DNA of 64,000 nucleotides from a virus (lineage: Duplodnaviria > Caudoviricetes), in the IMG/VR virus record IMGVR_UViG_2895847146_000001, positions 53,959 through 117,958 of that record; one strand, written 5' to 3'. Under the pieces are notes generated by a model. The model did not search any database. It saw only the letters and a program-made list of their open reading frames with translations, and was not told the DNA's origin. A program made the translations under genes and the position numbers. How positions within the stretch are numbered: the stretch's first letter is position 1; each line of letters begins with the position of its first letter. Of this stretch, positions 8,772 through 17,083 are shown in pieces.

Positions 8772-8849
8772 TGGTTTGACTGGTCGATTTCGATACGACA
8801 AATGTTGGCTTATCAAGAGCCAATTGCTTTACCTTTAAGCTACAGTCAA
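8772..8849 (-). tRNA. atypical tRNA with enlarged anticodon arm (identity uncertain), encoded CCA
   Basis: Acceptor TTGACTG/CAGTCAA-ACCA; D-arm GCTT/AAGC; TTGGCT-CTTGATA-AGCCAA; T-loop ATCGAAA. Confidence 0.6.
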
Positions 8850-8897
8850 ATCTTTACCCTACGCGAAGGACCACGACGTTAAGCGCCTACGGCGGTG

Positions 8898-8969
8898 TAG
8901 CGAAACACAGATTCGAACTGCGGACCCCTCGGTTATGAGCCGAGTACTCTACCCCTGAGCTACTTCGCT
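8898..8969 (-). tRNA. tRNA-Met/Ile2 (CAT)
   Basis: AGCGAAG/TTTCGCT acceptor; CTCGG-CTCATAA-CCGAG; TTCGAAT T-loop. Confidence 0.9.
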
Positions 8970-9189
8970 AAGTGTGCCGGTTTCTCCCGGCTATCCAGGC
9001 CGCAAGGTGTCACGTTTTGCTACTTTACAACGCCAAGGGATTCGACCCTATCGGTTATTCAAAACGCGCTTCATGCGCCCCTCGGTGTGATGCGAAATGG
9101 GCCCGTAGCGTACACGGGCGCTGGCTAGATGCGTTTCATGGCTGGAATGGTTAGTGACAGTCGATGCTTGGTCGGGGAAAGAAGAGGCC

Positions 9190-9256
9190 CAAATATACCG
9201 TTTCTATCTTTAAAGTCAAGATTGAAATAACAATTTTTTCTCGAATATCGAGATAG
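9190..9256 (-). promoter_or_regulatory. promoter (TATATTTG -7) with paired 21-bp palindromic operators
   Basis: CTATCTTT-AAAGT-CAAGATTG at 9204 and TTTTCTCG-AATAT-CGAGATAG at 9236. Confidence 0.7.
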
Positions 9257-9260
9257 ACTG

Positions 9261-10823
9261 TTACGCGGCGCTTCGATTGAAGGTGTTGTTCTTGTCGAGC
9301 GGAATCAGGGGCACGTCCACAATGTGCGGGAAGCCCTTCACGGCCCTAATCAGCAGGGAGCCAGCGAGTCCGGTAAATCCAAGGTCTTCCGAGTACTGGT
9401 TGCCCGTGAAGAAGGCCGGGCTGCGCACCCAGCGTTTGCGGTTGCCGTCGAGGAATACGCCCCGGGTGTGCTTGTCGGCCGTCAGCAGCAGGGTAAACAC
9501 GCCCCGCGTCTGGAAATCAGCTATCAGGTCGGTGGCCTTCTTCTCGTTGCTCACGTCGCCGGTGTAGCCGTGCTTGAGAATATAATTGATGCCGTCGATT
9601 TCCCGGGTAACCAGGGCTGGGTTAAACTCAATGTCCAGCAACTTGCCATAATTGAGCTTGAGGAAGTAAAATACGGCCTGCGCGACTTGGGCGGCCGTGT
9701 CCTCCTTGGCGCTGGAGGTAATGCGGTCATGGTTGCCGCCAACGGACAGGATGCCCCGCAGGTTCACGATGCGGTCAATGAAGTACACGAAGAACTCGTA
9801 GGCGTGGGCAATGGCGTCTGCTCCGAACAGATCCGCCCCCTTCCAGCTGTTGGGGTGGTTCAGGCCCGTGAGCGTTTCGATATAGTCCCCCAGACCCAGC
9901 AGCCAGACTTGGCCGGCGCCGACGGCGTTTACTTCGGCAATCAGCTGGTCGGCGTAGTCATACATTTGCTCGCGGTCATAGTCGAACGAGCGAATCATGT
10001 TCTTGATTTTGGCACCGGCGTGGGTGTCCGCCAGGGTGAAGGCCAGCACGTTCGGGGCCGACGGGCCAACAGGGGCCCGGAGCAGATAGCGCACCTTGGC
10101 CTCGGGGAAACGGTCTGCCAGCTCCACCAGCACCGAGTCGTTCAGGAACTTGGTTTGCTCGGCCTCCTGAATGACCTTCTCGTACTTCTTGTGCGTAGCG
10201 GCGTGGTGCTGCTGCTCGATAATCAGGCCCGTGTCCTTGTAGCGCACCGCAATCTTGGCCGCCACCATCTTCTCGCGCAGCTCGGGGGCGGTGGTGTCCC
10301 AGGTGTGGGGAGAAAACACGTTGCTGAGCTTGTTGAGCATCAGGCGGGCCTTCATGCTGTTCCACTGCCAAGTCGAGAGGCGGAACTTGTTGATAACCTG
10401 CGTCTGACTCAGGTTCAGGCCGTGCTTGCTGTAATTGAAAAACAGCTCGTCCACCTGCTCCACCGACAACCGGAAATGACGGGCCGGGCGGCCGTGGGCT
10501 CCCTTCACTTCCCATTCGTAGTGTTCATCGACCACGCGCCAGGGCTCCTCGTCCTCGGCGTCGATGCTAACAGATGGCTCCTCGTCCTCATTGCGAGCTT
10601 CCCGTTCGTGAGGAGGAATAACGTGGCCGTCCAGGGTGACGGCGCCCTGCAGGATGCGCTGGAAGGCTCGGCGCACCGCGTCCCACTGGGTAGGCTCAAC
10701 GACATAGGCCGGATCTTCGACCATTGCCTTTACGAGCGCATCCGAGGTGGTGAGGTGGGAATGGGTTTTGTAAAATTGACGGGCAATAGCTGCCGCCGAA
10801 CCGGGTTGTGGGGTTCCAGCCAT
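9261..10823 (-). CDS. calcineurin-like metallophosphoesterase with N-terminal extension
   Basis: ADTH, GLGDYIE, GGNHD, KHG and ADKH motifs. Confidence 0.85.
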   Translation of the reverse strand: MAGTPQPGSAAAIARQFYKTHSHLTTSDALVKAMVEDPAYVVEPTQWDAVRRAFQRILQGAVTLDGHVIPPHEREARNEDEEPSVSIDAEDEEPWRVVDEHYEWEVKGAHGRPARHFRLSVEQVDELFFNYSKHGLNLSQTQVINKFRLSTWQWNSMKARLMLNKLSNVFSPHTWDTTAPELREKMVAAKIAVRYKDTGLIIEQQHHAATHKKYEKVIQEAEQTKFLNDSVLVELADRFPEAKVRYLLRAPVGPSAPNVLAFTLADTHAGAKIKNMIRSFDYDREQMYDYADQLIAEVNAVGAGQVWLLGLGDYIETLTGLNHPNSWKGADLFGADAIAHAYEFFVYFIDRIVNLRGILSVGGNHDRITSSAKEDTAAQVAQAVFYFLKLNYGKLLDIEFNPALVTREIDGINYILKHGYTGDVSNEKKATDLIADFQTRGVFTLLLTADKHTRGVFLDGNRKRWVRSPAFFTGNQYSEDLGFTGLAGSLLIRAVKGFPHIVDVPLIPLDKNNTFNRSAA

Positions 10824-10904
10824 ACAGGGCGTTGCGTTGAAAAAAAGAGGATTACAGTCCTCGTGACTATAACCCTCTCAAAGCTAATAGATTCTTTGGT
10901 ATTT

Positions 10905-10925
10905 CTATCTCGTTTTTGAAGATAG
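10905..10925. promoter_or_regulatory. 21-bp palindromic operator
   Basis: CTATCTCG-TTTTT-GAAGATAG. Confidence 0.65.
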
Positions 10926-10944
10926 AATGAAAATAAAATTGCAC

Positions 10945-11424
10945 TTATACCGCTTTTCGGGTAAACTCGAAGTGCATGGCGTCACTACGCCCCTTGCCAA
11001 AATCGGCGCCGGCCGTAAAGCCGTGTTTTTTCCAAACGGCCACGAATTCGCGGGTAAACATACCTGGACCGTAAGGCGCCTTGCCCAGGGGGTTCAATTT
11101 AGCATTGAAGTCAAAGGCCAGCCCCCAGCTGTGCACGCTGGGCGTATTTAGGCCCCGCATCAGACGCGGGTTATAACAGCCATCATACGTTTTAATTTCG
11201 TGAATCAGACCCGTGCAAACCAACTCGTGCATCACCGCCTCAAAAGGCTCGATGGCATCCTTGTTCATCCAGATGCGCGTTACCGGCTTGCCCTCGTAGA
11301 CGGTGGCGAAATGTGGCTTCAGCCAGATAGGAAGGGTGTACATTTCCATCCACCGCGTTTCAAACGCGGCTGAACGGGGGTAGGCTGCGCCGTAGCGCTT
11401 GGTAAGCTGTGCTGTCGTTGCCAT
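10945..11424 (-). CDS. endolysin, M15 family peptidase
   Basis: GCYNPR, SVHSWGLAFDFN and DAMHFE motifs. Confidence 0.9.
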   Translation of the reverse strand: MATTAQLTKRYGAAYPRSAAFETRWMEMYTLPIWLKPHFATVYEGKPVTRIWMNKDAIEPFEAVMHELVCTGLIHEIKTYDGCYNPRLMRGLNTPSVHSWGLAFDFNAKLNPLGKAPYGPGMFTREFVAVWKKHGFTAGADFGKGRSDAMHFEFTRKAV

Positions 11425-11792
11425 TAGGTTTGTGCAATGGGGCCGCCGTCGGGGCCGGATACAGTAACGTTCGGCTTGTCGCCGGTAAGCGTGGTGTTGC
11501 TCTGTGATTCAGGTACCTGCTCGTACCCGCCCGCGTCGCCCTTGGCCACGGCGAAGGCTAGGCGGTTGTCCAGGGCGAAGGCTCCTACGATAATGGTAGC
11601 TAAGCAAATGGTGATTTCCCGGGGCGGGTACTGGTACATTTTGGCCTGCTCGATGGAGCCAATGAACATACCCCGAATGATGATGGCAAAGAGCATTCCC
11701 AGGCAGAGCCAAGCCACCAGGATGGCCGAGGAGCTATTGCCCAGGGCGTCTTCGAGAAAGCCCGTGCGCGGGCGTTGGATGCGCTGTTTCAT
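11424..11792 (-). CDS. putative holin
   Basis: Two TM segments; adjacent to the endolysin. Confidence 0.6.
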   Translation of the reverse strand: MKQRIQRPRTGFLEDALGNSSSAILVAWLCLGMLFAIIIRGMFIGSIEQAKMYQYPPREITICLATIIVGAFALDNRLAFAVAKGDAGGYEQVPESQSNTTLTGDKPNVTVSGPDGGPIAQT

Positions 11793-12206
11793 TTAGCGGG
11801 TGATAAGGAGGGCGGTTCCGCTGACCACAACACTGCTCAGGGCTACGTTGACCCAGAAGCGGCGTTTAGCCTTCAGCTTCCACTGGTTGGATTCGGCTCG
11901 GGCGCTGGCCGTCAGGGCGGCTTGCAGGTTACCGGCTTGGCGGAACTGGTCGGCGGCCAGCAGTGCCTCAGCCGTGGCCTTCTTCTGCTCGGCCAACAGC
12001 AGCGTCTTCTCCCGGCTAGTCTGCCGCACACTGGCCAGCGCCCGCTTGACTTCCTGAAAGCGGTAAAGCGAGTCGTTGACAACCTGGGCTTGGCGCGGGG
12101 TCAGGCAGATGTTATTGAGCGGTGTCGGCTTTCGTGCGCCCGTAGTTTGAGAGAATGCGGTGGAGCTGCTGAGCAGAAGCAGCAGGCCGAGTGCGAATGA
12201 TTTCAT
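11793..12206 (-). CDS. putative spanin-like/secreted coiled-coil protein with C-terminal TM
   Basis: Signal peptide, coiled coil and C-terminal hydrophobic helix in the lysis cluster. Confidence 0.55.
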   Translation of the reverse strand: MKSFALGLLLLLSSSTAFSQTTGARKPTPLNNICLTPRQAQVVNDSLYRFQEVKRALASVRQTSREKTLLLAEQKKATAEALLAADQFRQAGNLQAALTASARAESNQWKLKAKRRFWVNVALSSVVVSGTALLITR

Positions 12207-12558
12207 AGTTGACGAGTAAAAGGCTGTCGATGTGTTTTTCCTTGGCCGTGACCTTGGCCAGCTTGCGCGTGGCCGCGCTGTCGCGGCGCACGGCGGCGGC
12301 CTGGAGCTTCACGGCGCTGTCCTTTTTGGCGGCAATGGCCTTTTCGTGGGCCCTCACCTGCTTCTTGGTCAGCGGCGGATTTTCGGCCACAGTGTCTTCG
12401 AGTCGGTTGACGGAGAAGCAAAGCACGCCCGCGCTGATAACCAGCACCACGCCGCTGACGGCCAGGATGATGTAGAGATTCCGGGCAAGCCAGGAAACCG
12501 TCTTTTCTTTGGCTTCGGTTGGGGTCGGGAGTTTCATTATTTCTGAGGGTTGATCCAC
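12112..12558 (-). CDS. putative i-spanin-like protein
   Basis: N-terminal TM plus coiled coil; overlaps the downstream gene by 95 nt. Confidence 0.55.
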   Translation of the reverse strand: MDQPSEIMKLPTPTEAKEKTVSWLARNLYIILAVSGVVLVISAGVLCFSVNRLEDTVAENPPLTKKQVRAHEKAIAAKKDSAVKLQAAAVRRDSAATRKLAKVTAKEKHIDSLLLVNYEIIRTRPAASAQQLHRILSNYGRTKADTAQ

Positions 12559-13034
12559 TTGTTAATCTGCTCCAGGTGGGTAATACCCCACCAGATGGCC
12601 GAGCCGATAGCCGTCCCGGCGCCGCCGAGCCACATAGCAGCCTTGGCTCGCAGCCAGCGCCGAGTGCCGTCGAGGCTGTTCACGGTGGCGTCGGTGGTGC
12701 GCTGCTTTTCCTTGATGCTGGCCACCTCCTGCGTTAAGATTTCCAGGTTCTGTACAATGCCTTTCTGCCCGAACTTGACGTTGCCGACGGTAGCCAGCAG
12801 CAGTTCCTTCACGCCGTTGTCGAGAATGTCGAGGGTGGCGCGAAGGCTCTGGTTTTCGGCGGTGGCGGCTTCGAGCTTACGCATGGATTTGGCGAGGTCA
12901 AAGCGGGCCTGGGTGAGTTGGCGCGTAAGTTTGCGAACCTGCTCGGGCAGCCCTTCCAGGCTCTTGACCTGCTGCTCCAATACCCTGATCCGCTCCTGCA
13001 GCTGCTCTAATCGGGAGGACTCCCATTGTGTCAT
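12537..13034 (-). CDS. coiled-coil protein with C-terminal TM (lysis-associated)
   Basis: Heptad-rich ORF with hydrophobic C-terminus. Confidence 0.65.
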   Translation of the reverse strand: MTQWESSRLEQLQERIRVLEQQVKSLEGLPEQVRKLTRQLTQARFDLAKSMRKLEAATAENQSLRATLDILDNGVKELLLATVGNVKFGQKGIVQNLEILTQEVASIKEKQRTTDATVNSLDGTRRWLRAKAAMWLGGAGTAIGSAIWWGITHLEQINKWINPQK

Positions 13035-13096
13035 ATCTCGTATTCTGGTAGCAGGAGCACTCCTGCTGAGTCGTGGGAGTCATTGAGGGCAGCGGA

Positions 13097-14824
13097 TTAG
13101 GCCGTTGCCAGTGAGCCAACATTGGCCGCGCCGGGGCCGGCCACCAGGCTTGCCAGCGTTCCGCCGTAGCCGACAAAGCGGATGGTGGTAATCGAGCTGT
13201 TGGCCTCCAGGTACACGGGCTTAATGCCGCCGCTCAGGCTGGTGCCGGTCAGGTCGAGGGTGGTAATGGCCCCGTCGTTCATCTTGAGCAGGTATTCCAG
13301 GTTCTGGGCCGTGGTGCCCGCCAGGTCCAGCGTACCGATGGTGGCTTGGTCCATCTTTATCAGGCAGGAGCCCGAGGCCGTAGCCGCCACGCGGGTGTGC
13401 GTCAGGTTCTTGATCTCAATGGTGGCGGCCGTCAGGCGCGGGTGCGACACCAGCGTATCAAGCTGCACGATTGGGGCCGTGAACGTAGAGCCCGCCGCCG
13501 TGTCCTGCTCCACCCCGTCGTTGTAGGTAATGGTAGTGTGGCTGTAGCCCATCACCCGCCACGAGCACCAGTTAGCCGTGTAGTCGGTGCGCGTCACGCG
13601 CAGGAAGTTCACGACATCCGTGTTGCAGGCCACGAAGGCGGTGCCCTTCTTGTTCAGATCCGGGTCGGACTCATCGGGCAGACAGTCCACATGAATATCC
13701 GTGAAGTTGATGTTCTTAGCGTACGTCTGCCCGGGCTGGGCCTGTGGGCTGGTCCCGGCCGAGATATAGAAGTTGTCGAAGGTCAGCCAGTAGTCGTGCG
13801 TGTAGCCGAACAGGTCCGAGATAAAGACATTCTCGATGAGCGAGGCGGCGGGCAGGATGCGCACAAACCAGCGGCCCCCGATGGCCTCAATCCGGCGCAC
13901 GGTGATGTTCTTCTGCCCGCTGTAAGTCTTCATGGCGTCGTACACGTTCGGCGCGTTCGGCGTATTGAGCAGGTTGTTCAGTGAGAAACTGTAGGGGTCG
14001 GAACTGCCGTTAATGGCAATCTTGTCATCGTGGGTGCCTTCTACCGAGCAGTCCTCAATGACCATTCCGTCAATGGCCCCGTTCAGGTGGAAGCCATCGG
14101 TGTAGATTTGGCCTTCCTGGTTCTTGACGTGGCAGTTACTGACCCGGCCATTCTTGATGTTTTGCAGGTGTACGCTTTGCACCTTGGCCCGCACGAGCTG
14201 CATGTTTTCCAGAATCAGCCCGTCCACGCCCCGGAAATTGAGCACCCCAGGCAAGCCCTCGGTAGCCGTCCAGGTCTGGTCAAAGCCCTTGGCGTTCCAA
14301 CTGCCGCCGCTGATGCGGATGTTCTGGTCGATAATGGCGGCCGGGTTCCAGGTCAGGTTTTTGTTGCGGAAAATATCCTTGTTGGTGCCGCTACGCAGCA
14401 TGGCCCCCACCGTCAGGTCGTCGGCCGTGGCAAGAATGGTCGTGTCGCTGTTGAGCAACAGGGTCCGCACGCTGGCTGCCTTGTTCCACGTCAGCGTTTT
14501 GGGGCCGTTCTGATCGAGAAACGCCTGTACGGCCGCTGTGGAATCGTGAACGGGAATGTTGTCTTCCTGCGCCTGGCTATAGTACTGGTACGTAAAGGGG
14601 CGCATTTCTAACTGGCCGGGGTCCATCTCCGGCTCCGGGTCGATACTGCTCAGCGTGGCCGTGGTACCGCCTCCTCCGGCCGGCCGCTGGGGCACGACAA
14701 TGCTAATGGTGTTGGTCCCGTCAACAGCCCGCAGGGTAATGCGGCGCTTGTCCGTGTTGGGCGAGGTGTAGCGGCTTTTCCCATCCGACCCGGGAAAGGG
14801 CGCTGGTTCAAACGTTAAAGGCAT
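13097..14824 (-). CDS. tail spike/depolymerase, pectin-lyase-like right-handed beta-helix
   Basis: DSTAAVQAFLD, TDGFHL and THDDKIAIN motifs reminiscent of GH28-type beta-helices. Confidence 0.8.
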   Translation of the reverse strand: MPLTFEPAPFPGSDGKSRYTSPNTDKRRITLRAVDGTNTISIVVPQRPAGGGGTTATLSSIDPEPEMDPGQLEMRPFTYQYYSQAQEDNIPVHDSTAAVQAFLDQNGPKTLTWNKAASVRTLLLNSDTTILATADDLTVGAMLRSGTNKDIFRNKNLTWNPAAIIDQNIRISGGSWNAKGFDQTWTATEGLPGVLNFRGVDGLILENMQLVRAKVQSVHLQNIKNGRVSNCHVKNQEGQIYTDGFHLNGAIDGMVIEDCSVEGTHDDKIAINGSSDPYSFSLNNLLNTPNAPNVYDAMKTYSGQKNITVRRIEAIGGRWFVRILPAASLIENVFISDLFGYTHDYWLTFDNFYISAGTSPQAQPGQTYAKNINFTDIHVDCLPDESDPDLNKKGTAFVACNTDVVNFLRVTRTDYTANWCSWRVMGYSHTTITYNDGVEQDTAAGSTFTAPIVQLDTLVSHPRLTAATIEIKNLTHTRVAATASGSCLIKMDQATIGTLDLAGTTAQNLEYLLKMNDGAITTLDLTGTSLSGGIKPVYLEANSSITTIRFVGYGGTLASLVAGPGAANVGSLATA

Positions 14825-14835
14825 AATAGGGAGAA

Positions 14836-15711
14836 TTAGCGACCCAGGGCCGTATCCAGGTTTTGAACCAGGGTGGTAAAGTTTTGAATCTCAGCAGCAG
14901 ACAGGGCTTGGCTAAAGAAATAAGCGCCTGTGAACACCTTATCAGAAAACTGATTATTGTTGCGGCTGCCCAACTTGAAGTCAGAGCCAGTAAAGGTGAT
15001 TCCCGGCAGAGCACTTACTTGACCGCCTCCTAGCAACGACCCGTTCTTGTATATATCATGGCGAGTCTCAGGCCGGTTGCCGACTGTCAATCCTGCCGAC
15101 GAAGCCACGGCTTGGCCTTGCGTAGCTGGTCCCGCCTCAAAGAAGGCGCTTCCATTAAAAAATGCTTGCAATTCCACCAGTTGACCATTACTAAGCACGG
15201 CCGCTATTTCCGAGGCACTTTCTGAAATAGCTGAGGGCGTGTTGAAGGCCAGGGCGAAGTTGTCGGGGTCCAGCTCGGATACGTTCAGGTGGGTCTCCGC
15301 GTACTGCCCGTTACCGCTTTGGTCAAAGCTCATCACACTGTTGCCATGCACGGCCCCGTTGGGGAACGTGAGGCGGTACGCCGCATCCGTGTTGAGCGGA
15401 TTGACCATGTTCAGGCTGTGCGACAAGGCCGTGCTGCCGCCAATGGGATAGGCCGCCTTCAGCTTCGGGTAGATACCCGCTGATTTGAGCCCTTTAAAAA
15501 AGGCATCCCACGCATGGCCGCCCGTATCGGCGAAACCCGCATTGGTTAGGTAGGTTTGTGCGTCCGGGTCGATGCTGGGGTTGCCGCCGCCGCCCGTGGC
15601 GGGCACGGCGGCCGTGGCAACGGCAGTGCCCCCCACGGGGCGTACTCGCAACGTGCCCGCCGTGGTGCCGGGTACCGTGAAAGGAATAGAGGGAGCGGGA
15701 GTAAAGGCCAT
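14836..15711 (-). CDS. tail appendage protein with putative lectin/LamG-like domain
   Basis: DPDAQTYLTNAG...LKAAYPIGG...QNFTTLVQNLDTALGR pattern typical of Bacteroidota phage fibres. Confidence 0.7.
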   Translation of the reverse strand: MAFTPAPSIPFTVPGTTAGTLRVRPVGGTAVATAAVPATGGGGNPSIDPDAQTYLTNAGFADTGGHAWDAFFKGLKSAGIYPKLKAAYPIGGSTALSHSLNMVNPLNTDAAYRLTFPNGAVHGNSVMSFDQSGNGQYAETHLNVSELDPDNFALAFNTPSAISESASEIAAVLSNGQLVELQAFFNGSAFFEAGPATQGQAVASSAGLTVGNRPETRHDIYKNGSLLGGGQVSALPGITFTGSDFKLGSRNNNQFSDKVFTGAYFFSQALSAAEIQNFTTLVQNLDTALGR

Positions 15712-17081
15712 TATGCTTCGGGCGAGTCGTTGATTTCAAGAGTGGTGCCGGGCTGCGGCGTCCAGGAAACTTCCCCGGTGGCCTCGTTCACCGTCAGGTC
15801 GGTGGGCAAGGCCGGCTCCTGTGCGGGAGCTTCGATGAACTCATATTCGTAGTTCACCCCCTGGATTGGGGTCCAGCTTGCCAGCCGGGCGGCGCTAACA
15901 GTCAGGTCGTTCGGGGCCACTAGGTTGTTGCCGGTGGTTACCTGTGCCGGGGCGGTGTAGTCGGACGGCGAGGCGCCCAGGGCGCGGATGCGCAGGAAGT
16001 AGAGGGTCGAGGCTGTCAGACCTGTAATGGAAAGCTGCGTGGCGTTGGCTGCCGTCGATACTTTCGTGGAGGGGCTGAAGTTGGCGCTTAGGGCGTACTC
16101 AACCTCGTAGCCGGTATTGCCTGTCGAGGTGTTATTCCAACTCGTGCCAATGCTGGACGAGGACTGTGGCTCGGCCGTAAAGCCGGTGGGCGCTACCAGT
16201 TGCGGAACCCCGGCCAAGTTCACGGTGCGAATCACCGACCATTCCGAGTTCGTGTAGTTCGGCAACTGCCCCTTGGCGCGGACGCGCACGTAGTAAGTCA
16301 GGCCGCCGGTCAGGCCGGTAATCGAGCCGCCGCCAAAGTCGGGCAGCACCTGCACGGTCTTGGTCGCAGCCGTTTCGGGAAAACTGGTGCTGGTGGAGGC
16401 TTGCAGCTCGTAGCCGTTGTTGTTGAGTACCGAATCCCAGGCGGCGGCAATGGTGCCCGCGCCGTTTTCGTTGGCCGAAAAGCCGCTTGGCGGGTCAAGC
16501 TGCACACCCTGCACGGTGAAGACAGCGCTACTCGTGGCGGGCCCGCCCGGCGTATATACCTTCACCGTGCCCGTGGTAGCAATAGCCGAAACGGTTGCCG
16601 TAAGGGAGGTTGCCGTGTTGTTAGTAATCTGGCCGACGGCCCCGTTGATTGCCACGGCCAGCGCGTTGCTCAGGTTGGTGCCCGTAATGGTGAAGGTCGA
16701 GCCGATCGAGCCGGTTGTAGGCGAGAACGAGGTAATGGTAGGGGCGGGCGTGGTACCTGCTCCCTCCACTATCTCCTTGATCTTGATGGACGTGGGCAGT
16801 TCCCAGGATACCACGGGGTTGCCCCCGGTGTAGACCTCGTAGGTTTCACCGTTCACGAGCTGCCCCAACACCCCGCCTGGGGTTTTGCCGCCATACTTAC
16901 CGGTGTACACCGTCTTGGCGTTGATGCCCGTGGTGGCGTTGCGGGGGCCAATCAACACGATTTTATCCACGTTGACCACCCACGGGGCAGCGGTAATAGC
17001 ACCGGAGCCGGAAGGCAAGGTTAAAGTTGTGCCCGTCCAGCGGACGAGCACAATCTTGGTGTTAATGATGGTTGAAGGCAT
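15711..17081 (-). CDS. IPT/TIG + FN3 domain virion adaptor/decoration protein
   Basis: PTITSFSPTTGSIGSTFTITGTNL (IPT) and two full FN3 repeats (TGLTxxxTYYVRVRA). Confidence 0.85.
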   Translation of the reverse strand: MPSTIINTKIVLVRWTGTTLTLPSGSGAITAAPWVVNVDKIVLIGPRNATTGINAKTVYTGKYGGKTPGGVLGQLVNGETYEVYTGGNPVVSWELPTSIKIKEIVEGAGTTPAPTITSFSPTTGSIGSTFTITGTNLSNALAVAINGAVGQITNNTATSLTATVSAIATTGTVKVYTPGGPATSSAVFTVQGVQLDPPSGFSANENGAGTIAAAWDSVLNNNGYELQASTSTSFPETAATKTVQVLPDFGGGSITGLTGGLTYYVRVRAKGQLPNYTNSEWSVIRTVNLAGVPQLVAPTGFTAEPQSSSSIGTSWNNTSTGNTGYEVEYALSANFSPSTKVSTAANATQLSITGLTASTLYFLRIRALGASPSDYTAPAQVTTGNNLVAPNDLTVSAARLASWTPIQGVNYEYEFIEAPAQEPALPTDLTVNEATGEVSWTPQPGTTLEINDSPEA

Positions 17082-17083
17082 CG

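Noticed and set aside
8701-8897. Theta (minimal HDV-like) ribozymes in tRNA 3' trailers
   Set aside because: CCT-TCGCGT-AGG resembles P3/L3, but I could not find matching P1 and P2 strands.
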